64,000 nt of DNA from Stylophora pistillata (taxonomy: Eukaryota): assembly GCF_002571385.2 (NCBI RefSeq), contig NW_019217904.1:1-64000 (forward strand). The letters are read 5' to 3'. Of this stretch, positions 36,601 through 51,600 are shown one piece after another. The notes below the pieces were generated by a model. The model made no database searches. It was given only the letters and a program-made list of their open reading frames with translations, and was not told the DNA's origin. Position 1 is the stretch's first letter, and each line of letters starts with the position of its first letter. The translations under genes and the position numbers were made by a program.

Positions 36601-39600
36601 TGAGCACAATTTTAATCAGAGCACACTTGCAGTGTATGATATACTTATCAGTAATAGTAAAAGAACGTTGTCACCTCAGCCTATAAGAACAAAACAATTC
36701 TTGGCTACAGAAGGTCTGTTTAGTACTATAGTGGCTCTTCCAATAGAGAGCCATGACCTCATAGGGGACTTGAATTTGTGCTTTCAAGATGCTGAAGCAG
36801 AAATGTCTCCAGAGAGACCTCTTTTGGTTGGTGCTGTTAAGAGCAGTGTTATTCTCATTGATGCAAACTCTCTAAATGTACTCACCAAGTTTTCAATATC
36901 AGATGGAAACTCAAACATATCTCATGTCTTGAATTGTCCTGGGATGGATTGCCTTTGTGCATGTGACCAGGATGGAGCAATGCATTTCCTTGGTTTGCGT
37001 CACCATCAAGCTGAGGATACAAGTCTAGGGAGTCTTGGGCAGGACAGGACAGACAGTGTTTCTCAGGTTCCCCAAACAGGGTCTTGGTCACAGACAGGTG
37101 ATAGTAGAAAACAAATACAATCAATGAAATGTTCAACCTTATTAGACCATTGGATGAGACAAGGATTGACAAAATGATTTTCACGGTGAACTGCAATTCT
37201 AGTTCTTACAGAAACTATAACAGGGAACAAATTCGTCTTGCTACTAATATTTGGCCTTTTTTTTAAGTTTGCATTGCCCAACTAGAATATGGGATGCATG
37301 GGTTCAATGCCTGTTCAAGCCTGGATTCTTTACTGACCCTGAGTTAGGGCTCATTTTGCTTGAGTGCTGGGAAACCAAACCCAAATAAGTCACAACAGCT
37401 AAACATAGTACAGGAAAATATCTGAATAGGCCAATCACATTTCAAGGTAACAACAAGAAAAGTCGCAAATTCTCCTACCTAATTTGCAAGGAAATATATT
37501 GAAGCTAGATGGGAGTATTTACAATTCAGATATTTAGTGCTATGTGGTCAAGGGAGATCCTCTACATGCAAGTACTAGAACTGGACACTAATCTCCACAT
37601 TTTAAATTTCCATCAAATTATTTTAAAGATCATAGATACGTCATGCATCAAATAATGGTATAATGTGTCTGATAAATATTTTTGCAGCTGTCGCCCTTAA
37701 TCCAGATGAACCAGTGTCTATGGCAACCCTACTTTCATTGGTTCAACTGACAGAGTTTGTGACGCTGATGCCACGGTTTATGGCATCTGTGCCGTCGTCA
37801 TGGGTAGAAGTTCAACAGGACCAGCACCGGCTTCACCAGCACACCTTGGTAGATCCTGTATTACATACCAGGACGTGGAAACTGCGTGCAGACAATAGCA
37901 GGCAAGTTATTATGTTTTACAGCAGGGAAACATAACCTTATTATGAGTGGCATATAGACCACTTTCATAAATTTATTCTTTTGTTTAAATTTAAATTAGC
38001 CCTACTGGCCTCGTTCTCCAGTACAAAATTCAGAAGAATACATTATCTCAAGCGAGGCCAGAAGGGCTAATTTAAATTTAAACAAAAGAATATTTATAGG
38101 GCAGCCATTTATGAAAGTGGTCTATGGTGTCAGACACTCGTCTTTCTCTGTATGTACACTCACCCAAAATGTGCATTCATGAATCCTTTAGTGTACAACT
38201 TATCTCTTTAGAACGTGAGTAATGGAAAAATTTAAACACATTCAGTTTATTACTTTTCAGTGGTCTATTGCACAAACTGATATGGAAAAAACATTTTGCA
38301 AATTTCATCCATCTTAAACCACAAAATCATTGATCCACAAAATGGAACTGCTGACAAAATTGTCCATGTCACGCTGTTATTGTATTCCTCTAAAGGCAAT
38401 CATTTTTGTGCTAAGAATTCCTAAACATGGTCTAAACAAGGATCTTGAATACTTAAGCTAGGGGGTTAAGCTTTCAAGCAGTGTGCTGGTGCCAAAGCAA
38501 TTGCCTGATGATGTTGGGAGTACAAGCTTTCTAATACATTTGTTTACTCTATCATGACAAATTAATTTTCAGACTTAATACTATGTCTGTATACGTTTAA
38601 TTGGGTGTCGTTATTGTTAACATTTTTCTTTTGTTCGTTTCAGCTTTTTGACCAAAGAACAAGTTGCAGAAATTGTTCTTCCAAGATATTGCCAAGTGGG
38701 TCATGTAGACATCAGATTTTCTTTGAGCCCAATGACCACCCAACCAGCAACCAACGTTTACCTTGTAAAACCTCCATATCCCAGCTCCTTTAAACTCACT
38801 CACAAGAGTTATCCACTGCCATTACCAGAGCATCAGAAGAAGGGAATTCTGGCGTTGGCTCAAGAGCAAAACACTATAGTGTGTGGTCCTGTGAGTCTGA
38901 AAATGGGACTTGATAGTACTGGACGCCATGGTCGTGTGACCCTGACAAGCCCAGAGCTGATCAAATACAGCAGCAGGATTCTGTTGCTTGTGTTTGACAA
39001 CTGTGGTCCTGGTGAAGATTTAGCTGAGGTTTCGGTAACAGTGACAAGGTTTAAGAACAACTTCCCAGCAGAATGTCACAAGTTGAGGAGTAGTTTGCTG
39101 GAAGACAGCAGCCAAAGACTGCTTGATGTTGTTGTTGGATGTGAGTCTGTCCAGGGAGCAGTTAAAGCTGATGATGGAAAAAAGTTGGCTCTTGAGCTTC
39201 TCTGTTGGATTGCTGGTGTCTATGTCAACTGGAAGACTGGGTAATTTCATACATGCGTCATGGCTAGAGCAAAATTCGTTTGAGCATTAAGTCTCGTAGC
39301 AGTGTATATGAGTGGCCAATTTGCCAGAGCTAGAAACTCTTTACGGTGACCAATTTGCATCTTCAACTCTATTGTTAAAATGCCAAATCATCTTACTCCC
39401 CCCCCCCNNNNNNNNNNNNNNNNNNNNNNNNNNNNNNNNNNNNNNNNNNNNNNNNNNNNNNNNNNNNNNNNNNNNNNNNNNNNNNNNNNNNNNNNNNNNN
39501 NNNNNNNNNNNNNNNNNNNNNNNNNNNNNNNNNNNNNNNNNNNNNNNNNNNNNNNNNNNNNNNNNNNNNNNNNNNNNNNNNNNNNNNNNNNNNNNNNNNN

Positions 39601-42600
39601 NNNNNNNNNNNNNNNNNNNNNNNNNNNNNNNNNNNNNNNNNNNNNNNNNNNNNNNNNNNNNNNNNNNNNNNNNNNNNNNNNNNNNNNNNNNNNNNNNNNN
39701 NNNNNNNNNNNNNNNNNNNNNNNNNNNNNNNNNNNNNNNNNNNNNNNNNNNNNNNNNNNNNNNNNNNNNNNNNNNNNNNNNNNNNNNNNNNNNNNNNNNN
39801 NNNNNNNNNNNNNNNNNNNNNNNNNNNNNNNNNNNNNNNNNNNNNNNNNNNNNNNNNNNNNNNNNNNNNNNNNNNNNNNNNNNNNNNNNNNNNNNNNNNN
39901 NNNNNNNNNNNNNNNNNNNNNNNNNNNNNNNNNNNNNNNNNNNNNNNNNNNNNNNNNNNNNNNNNNNNNNNNNNNNNNNNNNNNNNNNNNNNNNNNNNNN
40001 NNNNNNNNNNNNNNNNNNNNNNNNNNNNNNNNNNNNNNNNNNNNNNNNNNNNNNNNNNNNNNNNNNNNNNNNNNNNNNNNNNNNNNNNNNNNNNNNNNNN
40101 NNNNNNNNNNNNNNNNNNNNNNNNNNNNNNNNNNNNGCACTAACGCAGCACCAGTAAGAGGTATGCAGAGGACCTGTATGTCTTAATTTTGCCAAATGAC
40201 ATTATAGAAATTCTGCACCGCATTACCTATTTATTCGCAGGGTTTTGTCGCACATCAATCACAGAGCAGTTATTTAGTGATACTGGGTATTGAAGGTTCA
40301 TTTATCTACTCTTAATATTTCTGCAGGGAGAGCAGCTTAGTGTGGGACGTGGAAAACTATCTGCCCAAGTTGATTCGAACATGTTACCTGTGCTGTGGAC
40401 GCAGCATTGCTCACAAGTGTAGCAGACTGTTGATGATGTGCGCCAGGTATTCACTGTTCGTACTTTTCCTTAGAGATCCGAGTGTCTTTAATTTGTGGTT
40501 TCCTTGGTTGCAGTACGCAAATTATCTGTAAGAAACCGCAAATATATACTTGTAAGAAGTGAATTTGCTGCCTCCATACATATCATCAACAGTGGTGGAC
40601 CATCGTCGCATGTAATAGTACAAACGTTGTAATGACTAGCTGGCTATATTTCTTCGGGTTTTCAGTACAATTTAGTGGCACTATTTACACTCATGGGTGG
40701 AGTGGGTTGAGGTGATCATTGTTCACTTACCATTAATTTGACGTTGACTGTTCATCTTCTATTCACCATAGGAGAGCTGTCAGCCAAAGGACCTGCACTG
40801 ATTCCACGTCATCCTTCCGAAGATCTCTACTAAATGCGATCCTGGATGTTTTACAAATAACTCCATGTGCTGTATCGTCTGGTGCAGTACACTGGCTGTT
40901 TAAATTACTTGCTGGATATGCCGCCCAGGCTGATTCTACCCTCACTAGTTTCGTTTGGTTGGAGTTGTTAGAGTTTTTATCTTCAAAGCTGGCTTCTACA
41001 AGACTACGAGAGCATCTTTTACTTCGCGCGAGGTTGGGAAGTTTGTTTACTGTAGAAGTTAAGCAAGCATTCTCATTACATTTTGTCGGCAAAGGATAAA
41101 CGGATACGTGTTCAAATAGATCTTGATAGGTTTAATGCAATTACAGTATTTGCAGAACCCAAAGCCTGAGAGAAGACATAAGAGGGCAAAGACATCACAG
41201 ATTTTGTGAATGGGCGATGGAAATATCAGAAGCGAAAATGATTTGAAATATCTTGTATCTCTGATTATAAAATAACTGAGATACTTCGAGTGCCTTCACT
41301 GGTCAAAAACCCATCGTTAATTGCACCGCTCAACCTACGGCTCGTGAACTTTCCTTTAGTTTCCCCAACATCCTTTGTGGGTTATACGCTGATAAACCGA
41401 TAGAAAGTGCGGCGTATTACTTAAAAATATAATCTTGATCCGCGTTTGTTTGCCTCCGATCTCTCTTATTTCTGGGTCTTCTTAATGCACTTAAGGGTGC
41501 TTGCAGAGGATGCGGGATGATGCAATGTAGAGAGCGTTCACCTCTCAGCACTGTTGCTAGGTTCGATTCTCGGACCTGGCTTCACATGAGGGTCAAGCAT
41601 TTCGGTGATGCTCGACCTTTTCTTCAAGTGTTTCTCTCGGACTTTTTGGTTTTCTTCCCTTCGCAAAAGTCAACATTCCAGTTTCCAATTTCACGTGGAA
41701 AATAGTGCACAAATAGGTGTCCTCAGGGAGGTTCACTTCTACAACCCCATTTGTTTCATTCATGTAGCTGCTGTGTATTCTTAAAAGTGAAAATTAAATT
41801 GTGGTTTTGTCAGGTATGGTCTTTATGGCTCCCCACTGGATCCTGTCCTGTTTGATGCTTTGCCGCAAACTTCCACCAGCCAGCAAAGTTCATCTGTTGT
41901 AAATGTTCTCAATGGAGTGCCGCTGACCGTTAAGGCATCATCTTCGTCTGGAGGATCAGAATCCAATTCATGGAGCAGTGTGAATTCACCACTAGCTTGC
42001 CAAGGCCTCCTGGAAGTCCAACCCCTTCATTTTGTTTGCTGTTCCACTAGTGATGGAGCCCGAGTGGAGAGGGGTGATAATCACCTACTATCTGGTGGTA
42101 GTCTGGGGCCTTCAGGTGCATCGGTACATGTTCCTATGATGTCTAGTGGGATGCCGACTGGGTCAGCTTTGGCGCCAACACTGCCAACTGTATCGGCATC
42201 TCTCGCTGCGTTAGAACAAGAGCTCCACATGCTTAAGGTATTTTTTTCCACAGGAGAGATAACATATACGTTTCCGAGAGCATCTGACAGCTTATCGATA
42301 TTGTTTGTCTATGAATAGAGTTTAGAGCTATCGCTATATACCCATCATACCCTGCACAAGCTGCATCCAGGCCCTTCTGTTTCAGTCCCGTGGAAATATC
42401 GCCCGCTAAAACGTTTTTTGCTCTATTCAATGGAACTTTTTTCACTTGACGGAGGGTGGTACCATTTTAGGCGTGTAACCTTTGGAAATTAGACCTTTTT
42501 TAAAGCTCTAATGTTGTGGGTCTCCCATTGCGTCGAGTTATGAGTATTGTTTGTGTATCTAGTTGACATATCTGCAACGTAAAACACTAGAGCTGTCCAC

Positions 42601-45600
42601 GACGGTTGTTTGAATACTTCCAAAATTTGGCCAATTTGGTCATTTGTTACTCGAACCAGTAACTGTGACCCCCTTTCATTCATTTGTTGTAAAGATGAGT
42701 TGACTGTTTTGTTTGTGTCGGCAGCAACACCAGCTACAGCTAGTAAGTCTACAACAACACAAACAGCAGTTAGAAAAACACAAGAAGGAACTTGAAGATA
42801 TGTCCATGTGGCCTTTGTTTCCCAAGTCTCTATACAAACCTGGCAATGTATGGTCACCTCCAACAACTGCTCCAGCATTTCCACCAACCACCGCTCCCTT
42901 GACGTCCACCAATGCTCCTATTAACCTGGCGCAGCACAAAAAACAAGCATCCTCTGCAAAGAAGATGGAGAGGGCAACTGGTGGCCCTGTGTCCCAGCCA
43001 ATCCAGCAACACCTAATGCAGGTAGTACTCGTCGATTTCTACTCCTGTTTAAAATCTGAAGCGAAAAAAAATTCACAAATTGAAGCCTATCCTAGTGTCA
43101 GCTTTCACAACTATAAAGTAGGGAAAGTATTATCTCCAGTTTCACAGAGAAAAAGCTATCGGAATGCACGCACAGAATGGCGCATAAAAATCATTCTTGA
43201 CAAATTAACATCTTGAATCATCATTTATAAATGTTGTAAAACATATTCCGTGAGTTAATTATGAAATCTCGTACAATCCGATCGCACCAATCAAAGATAC
43301 TGCCGGATGGGTTTGAGAATTTTTTCCGCACAGAATTCGTAAGCAGAGAAAATCACTACCTAGGTTTGTTTTAGGGGAGAGGGGGTGGGTGTGGGTGATA
43401 GAAAAGCACCAAATCGGTGAGAAAGACCAAGAAGTAAATGGGAATGGTGAAGAATAGCAAAGAGTGGCTGAAATTTAAAATGGCCAAGTTAAAAAATTGC
43501 CCTCTCAGCCCTCTAACTCCTAAGAGTTACTAGAATTTTTTGCCTCCTCTAATTTGTTGAATCAAACAGTAACATATGGAGAATATAGGGAATGACCGTC
43601 AGCCAAAGAGGCTCTCGCTTGTTAAAGACATTCTCATGTGCGATACCATAATAAATGTAGAAAACAGTATGGAGAATATGCGCACAGATGGATTAACAGT
43701 GCATGTCATCGTTGTTTTCTCTCCAAGCTCCCGCAGCCACAGATGCTGGTGATCGACCGTCTCCACGCTGGAGCCCGTCATCATGTTGTTTTAGACTTTG
43801 GCTGTGTTGTCCAGTTGACAGATGTGTTGATTCCTCAGTGCTCAGACATCATGTCGCTGTCCATTGATGTATGGACTCAATGGGATGATCCCGATGTACA
43901 GAGGATAGCTGTGGTGTCAGACATCAACCTTTGTGCTTGCGTTCTCAAAGATCTTTTGCCGCCCGCGGTGTGCCGTTATGTTAAGGTCAGTCGATTGGGC
44001 ATCAGTGTGTAAGGTGAAATATTACATCATTTGCTCATGAGTTAAATTCTTCAATGCGAAATCCCTGCCAACTTCGCGAACAAAATTATAATTTTTGCAT
44101 TTACTCGATTAAGCGCCGAAGTATTCGTTGAATATTTTGCCTGTTGGGTGCTGCACTTATCAAATTAAAAATTCGTTACACTTTAAATGTTAAGAAGAAA
44201 GTGACAACAGACCTGTTCAAAATATTCTACTGTCTCGTTCTGGTAGGAAAAATGGGTTTTGGGCCTTACACTCACTTGCCCTATATTTGCCATATTGAAC
44301 TGGCAAACATTTTTTCAGGAAACGATGGTTTTCAGGCTTTTTCAGGCTTCTGCTGCCAACTGAATTAATATGACTTCATACATCGAAAAATTGACTCGTA
44401 ACTCCATGACGCCACTTTCTTTCTTGTCCAGCTCTCTCAGGACAACTCGTTCAGAAAATCATCTTGTAATCGCGGATAATTTCCAGGAGAAAATGTCTCG
44501 ACAAATCTTAGACACTTTTTTGTAAGGGATGCGTTACAATTCTTGGTGTAATTTCGCCAACAATAGAGTTGGAACGAGAACAGCTTTGTTTCGTCTTAAG
44601 GGCACTTTAAATGACCTCAATTATTTCTTAAATATTGTAAAAGAGGAGCTCCTTCGCTAATTTTACTAATATTTATAACGTCCTTATTATTTTTTTTATT
44701 TAGCTAACTGTAGTTGGAAGGCCCAAAACAAATGCAAAAGCACGTGTGAAGGTTGGAGAATTCTATGGTAATCCACTTTGTGGTCAGACAAGCGTCGGTG
44801 GAGAAAGTCAGCCTCTTGCTACAGGCCGCCAAGACCAGCAGTGTTTACCAATACTACTCAACCTCCTGGAAGACATCCACTGTCACTACAACTTGGCGTG
44901 TACACAACTCAAGACCCTGCTGCAGTCATCTGAACCCCGAACACCGAGGCCAGACGGATCTGGAACCCGTGCATTTCTCACTGAAGAAGACAAGAAAGTA
45001 CAGAAAGCTTACAACCAGTGCGTTAACCTGCAGCACCAACTGAACCTGGTAGAAAAGTCAATAACTAGACTGACGTCCAACTCGGAAAGGAATGGAACAA
45101 TTCCTTCGCTCGATGCAGCCAAATATGATCACTTGCAGGTCATTTGCAACTGTTTAATAGACACAGTGGTGGCATTAATGGGCATTGGCCCTTCATTAGA
45201 GGGTTACCTTGCTAAACCTAAACTGACCCTTGAGTGGCAGCCGTCCTTAAGCCAAGTGACTCCTACCATGTGTGAAAACCTGTTTCGTAACCTCTGTGTT
45301 CATGGTTCTCCTCGAAAGCGTGAAAGGGTCGGCGCTCTACTCTTGAATGCATGTGGTAGTAAGCCGTGGTGGGGCGAATTTTTGTCCAATGTTCTGAAAG
45401 AGTTCTTTAGTTCCACCCAGAAGTGTACGTTTCCCCAAGAAAGGTATGAGCCATTGTTTGAAAGTGTTACAAGTTCATTCTCTGTAGGAAATCACATAGC
45501 AGGTTTGCCTCGAATTCAGTGATCGACGTCACCACTGTTCATAAACTCCTGGTTATGTTGTAAGAAATATTTTAATATTCTTAAAATTTTATGCCAGCAA

Positions 45601-48600
45601 AAGGTAACACTAGTCACGTTTAGAGTAATACCATTAGAAGAAAGTCGTCATGACTACAGATTGCGTTGAAAATAGGTTTGATGATACATGCATAAGTAAC
45701 CACATTCACAGAAGTTGGACAGATTAATGTTCTAGGAGCAAAAAGGGGTTTTACGTACCCTGTAACCAAACAAGCGAGTGGCTTGTAATTTGTACCCACT
45801 CCTTTCATACATCAGCTGACAAGCTATGCGAAAAGACTATCGTAGCAGAGCAATTTTGAATTGAGTGTCGAAAGTAATCTGGGATTTGTTTTGGTTTTGC
45901 CTTACTTTGTAATGTGATTGGTCCGTAAAACTCATACCACTTTCTCAACCAATCAGATTCAGGACCAGATCCAATCGCGACTCGGTCAATCTCGTTTTCC
46001 CGCGCTTCTGAGAGCTTTTTTTGTTGTTGTTGTTTTACTTCAGTTTCTCTTTTTAATGTATTCCTTTTATTGGTCGTTATGACCGCTTTGGTTTTGGTTG
46101 TAGGACACTAAATTGGAAGCGCTTTAAGAAGGGGCTGTCTGGTTTAATATCAAATTTTCTGGACTGATATACAGGCTTGAAATGCGGAGCGGTTATAAGA
46201 GAGAATGAGCTCTCAGATCTCTTCAAGGATTAGATAATTTTGTGGTTGTGTCGAACTTTTTCATTTTGCCACAATAAGTCTATGGGAAATCATAAACTCA
46301 TAACATTTTATAATTTTGCATAATCAGATTGTTTGCAGTACTTGTGCGCTTGAGCCAACAGTCACCTTCAGTTGAACTGGTGCTCACAAGTTTTCTGAGC
46401 CTGTTAGATGGACTGCTCCTCGTCAAGGACCTCAAAGTCGACCTGGAGTCAGCAGACCTGATGTTAATCAGTTGGTTGTTACTCCTCTTACAACATGTTC
46501 TGGACACACGTATAATCCAATCTGAATCATCTACATCTGCGAACGGTCAGTTGAATGTTGGTTTTAATCGAGAAACTGAAAATTTCATTTGTGATAACGC
46601 CTGTAGATGAAATTCACATTTGGTATCGCATACTTTTTCTTTCTGTTATCAGTGACAAAAAGAAAAGATCAGCTATTCATCGCAAGCTCAAAAATACTCG
46701 CGTTACTACACAAGCTAAAATTCCGTAGATATAGGTCTAATGTATGAAGGTTGTCGTTCATGTAAACGAGTCTCTAGATCTTTAGATTTGCCGGTAACAC
46801 TTCTTCCTATAGTCTGACGAAACTTTCTTGCGTTGTTGCTTTCCGAGGCTATAATGCTTTTTCACTGTCGGTAGCCCATCGAGGTTAGGCGGCTCAAACC
46901 AAAGGAACACCGTTCCTGTTTTTATTTTAAGCGCAACATAAATTCTAGGGTTAGAAATAATTGTGCAGAGTAAAAAGTTTGTTCTCTGGTTCTTTAACTG
47001 CTCACCAACTTGATTTGGTTACATTGGTTGTGTTTCTTTTATTTCTTTACATTAGAAAATGGGGAAAGTTCCAAAGGATTAAATGGTAAAAACAGCGGTA
47101 CCTCCTCTCTGATTACTGGCAAGAGCAAGTCATCCAAGTCCACAAAGAGTAACAAATCGTACAAGCGAAGCAGATGGGACTTCATGCTCCCAACTTTACC
47201 AACTCTACCGTCAAGTACAGGCAGTGAAAGCAGTAGCTACTGGCACAGACACCTCAAGATGAGCAAGGGCACTTTGGTAAAGAAACCTCAGATGGATTAC
47301 CCACAAGGGTTTACGAAAGGAAATGGCAAGCAACCATATAAGGTAATGGTGATTCAAATATAATGAATGACACTAGTGTCTTCTCAAGGAGCTGAAAACA
47401 TTTGTCAAATAGCTGCGTGTTGCATATGATAAGGGGTAAGACTAGTGAACTTGTTTGAACGATTTGGTTGAGTGCGTCACGTTTGTTCATCAGCACATGA
47501 AGGACTTGTCCAAACTCCGTCGGCATGTTGATGAAGGAAAACCTCAACCAGAAAAGACAACTTCCCAGCCAACAACATTTCTCACAAGCACCCCTCTGCC
47601 AGCGGCCACAACACTTCCAGTCATGCGCAAGATGGTCAGCTTCGTTCTGAGTATGGATTCCTCTTGTAGTGTAGAACTGTTCTTGGTGGCATGCAAGGTG
47701 AGGTAGAACTGGAGTCTGGGTACTAGGGGGTTACGACTCAAACCCACAATGTGAAATTGAGAAGGTTCGAGTTATCGGGAGTTTGGAATAAATTGTTGGA
47801 AATAAATAGAAAATCCAGAATTTTATTGTTGCCTTTCAACTCACAAGGATATCCAGTTTGGTTCGATTAAAGTAGTGTAGGGAGGTTCCATGGTACATAG
47901 CCAATCCGCTTACAAGATTTTGTGCCATGTGGTACAAATTAACTAATCAGAAGGCAGGCTTGGCTTTTAAAATGGCAATCTGGTTTGTTAATTTGCACCG
48001 CGTGCTACGAAATCATGGCAGGAGTTACATTTAAATGTTGGTTTGGCCCATGATGTCAAACATGGCTGAATGTGGCTACTATGCCACAATTTGTCAAATT
48101 TTTTATGTCCTAAGCCGGGTAGAAGTATGGAGGGATTTTGTGCTAAGTCCTCAATAAAAACCGTGGGGTCAGGGCACGTCCCTTCCCTTCCCTTAAGTCT
48201 GCCTCGTTCCTGTAACATCCCAGGCATTCGACGTAGTGTCGTGCATAACTTTGCTCCAATTGGAGGTGTCTCATGAACTCGACTGTCGATGTTTTAGGTT
48301 GTAGCTCACCTGGCGTGTGTAAGTGACCCACCCGTCAACCTTGTGGATGTCATCACCGACAATCAACTGGAGAAGCTGCTCAGGATGTGTGTGGTGCCAA
48401 ATGGGATACATTCAACTCACTGGGGAGGCCCATGGGCATCTCATGCGCTTACTACTCTGTTACAGGATCTGCTTGGTAAAGCTTATCAATGTAGTTTCAA
48501 ACGATGTTTGGCTGTGATACCAACTGTTCCATGTGTTTAGACCTGAGCTGGGAAACTGGTTCGAGTTATCCTGTTGGCCGGCGGTCTTTTGGACGCCTTG

Positions 48601-51600
48601 AGCTGCGGAGTTGCGAAAACAAGCAGCCGTGCCCTGAAATTTTTTGGGACAAATGGGGGGGGGGGGGGGGGGAGAAGGAGGTAGTAGTTTCTTCACGCAA
48701 AGCTCTGCTGATCGTTTTCGTGGCCCCGCCGCCAAATCGATCGCGTCCAGACTAGGAGGTAAATTTCTCAGTCATTTGAAAAGACAAATGTCTTTTGAAT
48801 TTTGTTTTCCGTTTTTGAACCAATTTCATTTGTAGGATCAGTTTAATTTCGGAAATACATCCAATTGAATGGCGAAATGAAGAATTTAAATAAAAGATCT
48901 ACAGATCTGAAGTGGAGCGCTCGCGACTTTCTTTCAAAATTGATGTGGGGCTCTAACTTAGAGTGCTACCACTCCAGACACAGTTCGTCGTATTTGATAG
49001 TAGATGTTTTTGTATTTGAAGGTGGACAGGGAAGTAAAGTGAGTGATTCTTCAAGACATGTAACCTCTCAGACTCCTGCAGTTCAAGAAAATGACACAGA
49101 AAGTTCGCTCTTGTCAAAGGTGGCTGATTATGAAAAGAAAGGCTCCCTACTGACCATGGATTACGGCGACATATGTCCGAGTTATGACCTGCCTATTGAG
49201 CTATCAGGCTGGGTGGGAGATTTTGGTGAGATTGGCAATGGAAGCGAAATGCCCCAACCAACACCAGTCCATGAGAAACCAATGGTACAATCTTCATGGG
49301 AGGCCAAAGTTACTCCACCTCCCCCTGTCAAACTGTCATCTGCCATTGACATGAGACTTGAGCTTTGTCTCGAGATGGAAGCAGAGCAAGATCTTAAAAT
49401 GCTGGAGCACCTTCAAGTAGATGCGATAGCAAAAGCACTGAGTACCGCAGGATCTTCGTTAAGAGGAACCACTGAACAATCACGAAGGAGTATGCCCAAA
49501 AATGGCAACAGTGCTCTGGTAGTAAGAACTCTAGAAACATCATTTAGTAAAATATTCAATGACTGCACCAGTGCGGATGTGGATGTTCCTTCTCTTCTGC
49601 AATTGTGGCTGAAGATTCGATTGTGTGCTTCCAGTATAACTCTGGATGCAGAATCTTTGAGCAAGCTTTTGTCGCACTCGATGCACCTTCAAGGATCGTT
49701 TCCTCAAACGCTGCAGCTTTGCCTGCAAGTCCTTACATGTGTTTCTGACGGGCAATTACGGAACTGTCCTAATCCTGAACTAATCGCTTTTCTAAGTAAC
49801 GAAGAGCTTCTGCAATTTTTAGTTAGATTACTATCTCAGATGCCGTCATTTGGAGCGAACCCTCTTCCACCTAGTTCCAAGCCAGTGAAGGCGTTTCTGA
49901 CTTCGTTGCAGTTGGCTGTCAATAGTCACAACAGCGCGGAGCTTTCTCAGGTTTTCCAGGAACTGTTGCTTAAGACAACGCTTGAGCTTTGTACAGAAAG
50001 GTATCATACTATTGCCTACAAAACGGGATTTGTTTAGGTGGTCCTTCAAAAGTGTAATAAATTTCCTGAAGGGTTATGGCATGGTATTTTTAATTAGTAA
50101 ATTTGGTTTGTTTATGGGCACGACATCGCTATAATAAGTGAGAGAAAGATATAAAGTGTTTTGTGAGACCCTAATACAGGTAAAACTTCCTTTATTGGAC
50201 ACCCATGGGCAGCTCCATAAGTGTTTGAAATTAAAAATTTTAGCATACAGCCCACTGTGGTTCAGTGTATTAAGGATGAAAGGCCATCTTTGGAAGTTTC
50301 GGTTTAGTGGACTCGTTGCATGAAAAACAAAACCAAGACAAACAGACAGACGGACAGAAACAAAACGGAACAGTACGATAATTGTGAACGTGCGTGGTAA
50401 ACCTACTGGTACCCACTGAAGTGCCTTGATTTATTGCAGGCTTTCCAATAGAGGAGTAGTCCTTCAAGTAGATCCAGTCATTGATATCTCACTGTCAAAC
50501 CCAAACAACAGTTGGCTTGGGGTGCAACCTGAAGTTGTCACAAAACTAGTGAAAGCCACGGGGCAGCTTATTTTGGATCACCTCACCCACAGAAGAAGTG
50601 TGAGTCTTCTTCCATCTGCTGATATCGTAAGCGGAGCTAGTGTGGATAAACTGGATGACAGTACATGGCTCGTTCAGCTGCTTAGTTTAGTGATTCAGAT
50701 GTTGCAGAACTCTGTTCTGAAACAATCTGATAGTGGTTCAATTCAGACATCCATAGACACTTGTCACAGAAAGGAGTCGGATGATGTTGAAGATGTGACT
50801 ATCAATTCTACCGGTGGCTCTCCAGTCTGTCTTAGTTTAACAGATAAACTAGTGGCTGACAAAGGAATCTTCCAGTGCTTATTGGATTGTCTGAATCAGT
50901 GTACCACAGATAATCAAGGGGTGTCGGGTTCGACATCTCTCTGTCAAGACAAGTTTTGTACCGATGAGAAGATCTCAGGCAAACCCAGCTCAGTCGAGGA
51001 TGGAGTGTGGCAACTCTTATGGATGATGCAAAAACAAGTTGGTGATCGAGGGGTTCTGGTTGAGGGATTTCTGGCCTTCATGCAGACATACGAAAAAGAC
51101 GAAGTCGAGTCATCTCCGGCAGCAATGAAGCATTTGTCTGACCCCTTACTTAGGCTTTTCTGTAAGATTTTCAACTCCACTCAGGCTGTGATGCAGTTTT
51201 ACGAAAAGGGTTAGTATCAAAAGGCGTAAAATTACCATTTTCATTGGCATTTTGTGTGCAATTTTCCTTGCAAAAGTAGACAAGAAAACACATAGGGGTC
51301 AAGGATAAGATTCTCAGTTTTGTTTTAAACGCTTTTGATGTGAGACCATGACCAATTAAGGGCAACATAGAAGGCAACAAAAAATTGGTGCAGTGAACTT
51401 GCTTGTTTAGGAAAGATTGCATTTTAAAAGCTGTCGGTCATCCAAACTATTGTCAGCAAGAAAAACAAACCACCAGAATCACTCTGTTTCAATTCTACGC
51501 GTTGTTCTTAGAAGAAATATAGAGAGTAGTTTGTAGAGAAACTGTTGTATTTAGTCGGTGGATTAGTGAAACCCTTCGTGATAAAGCTCAATCATCTGCA

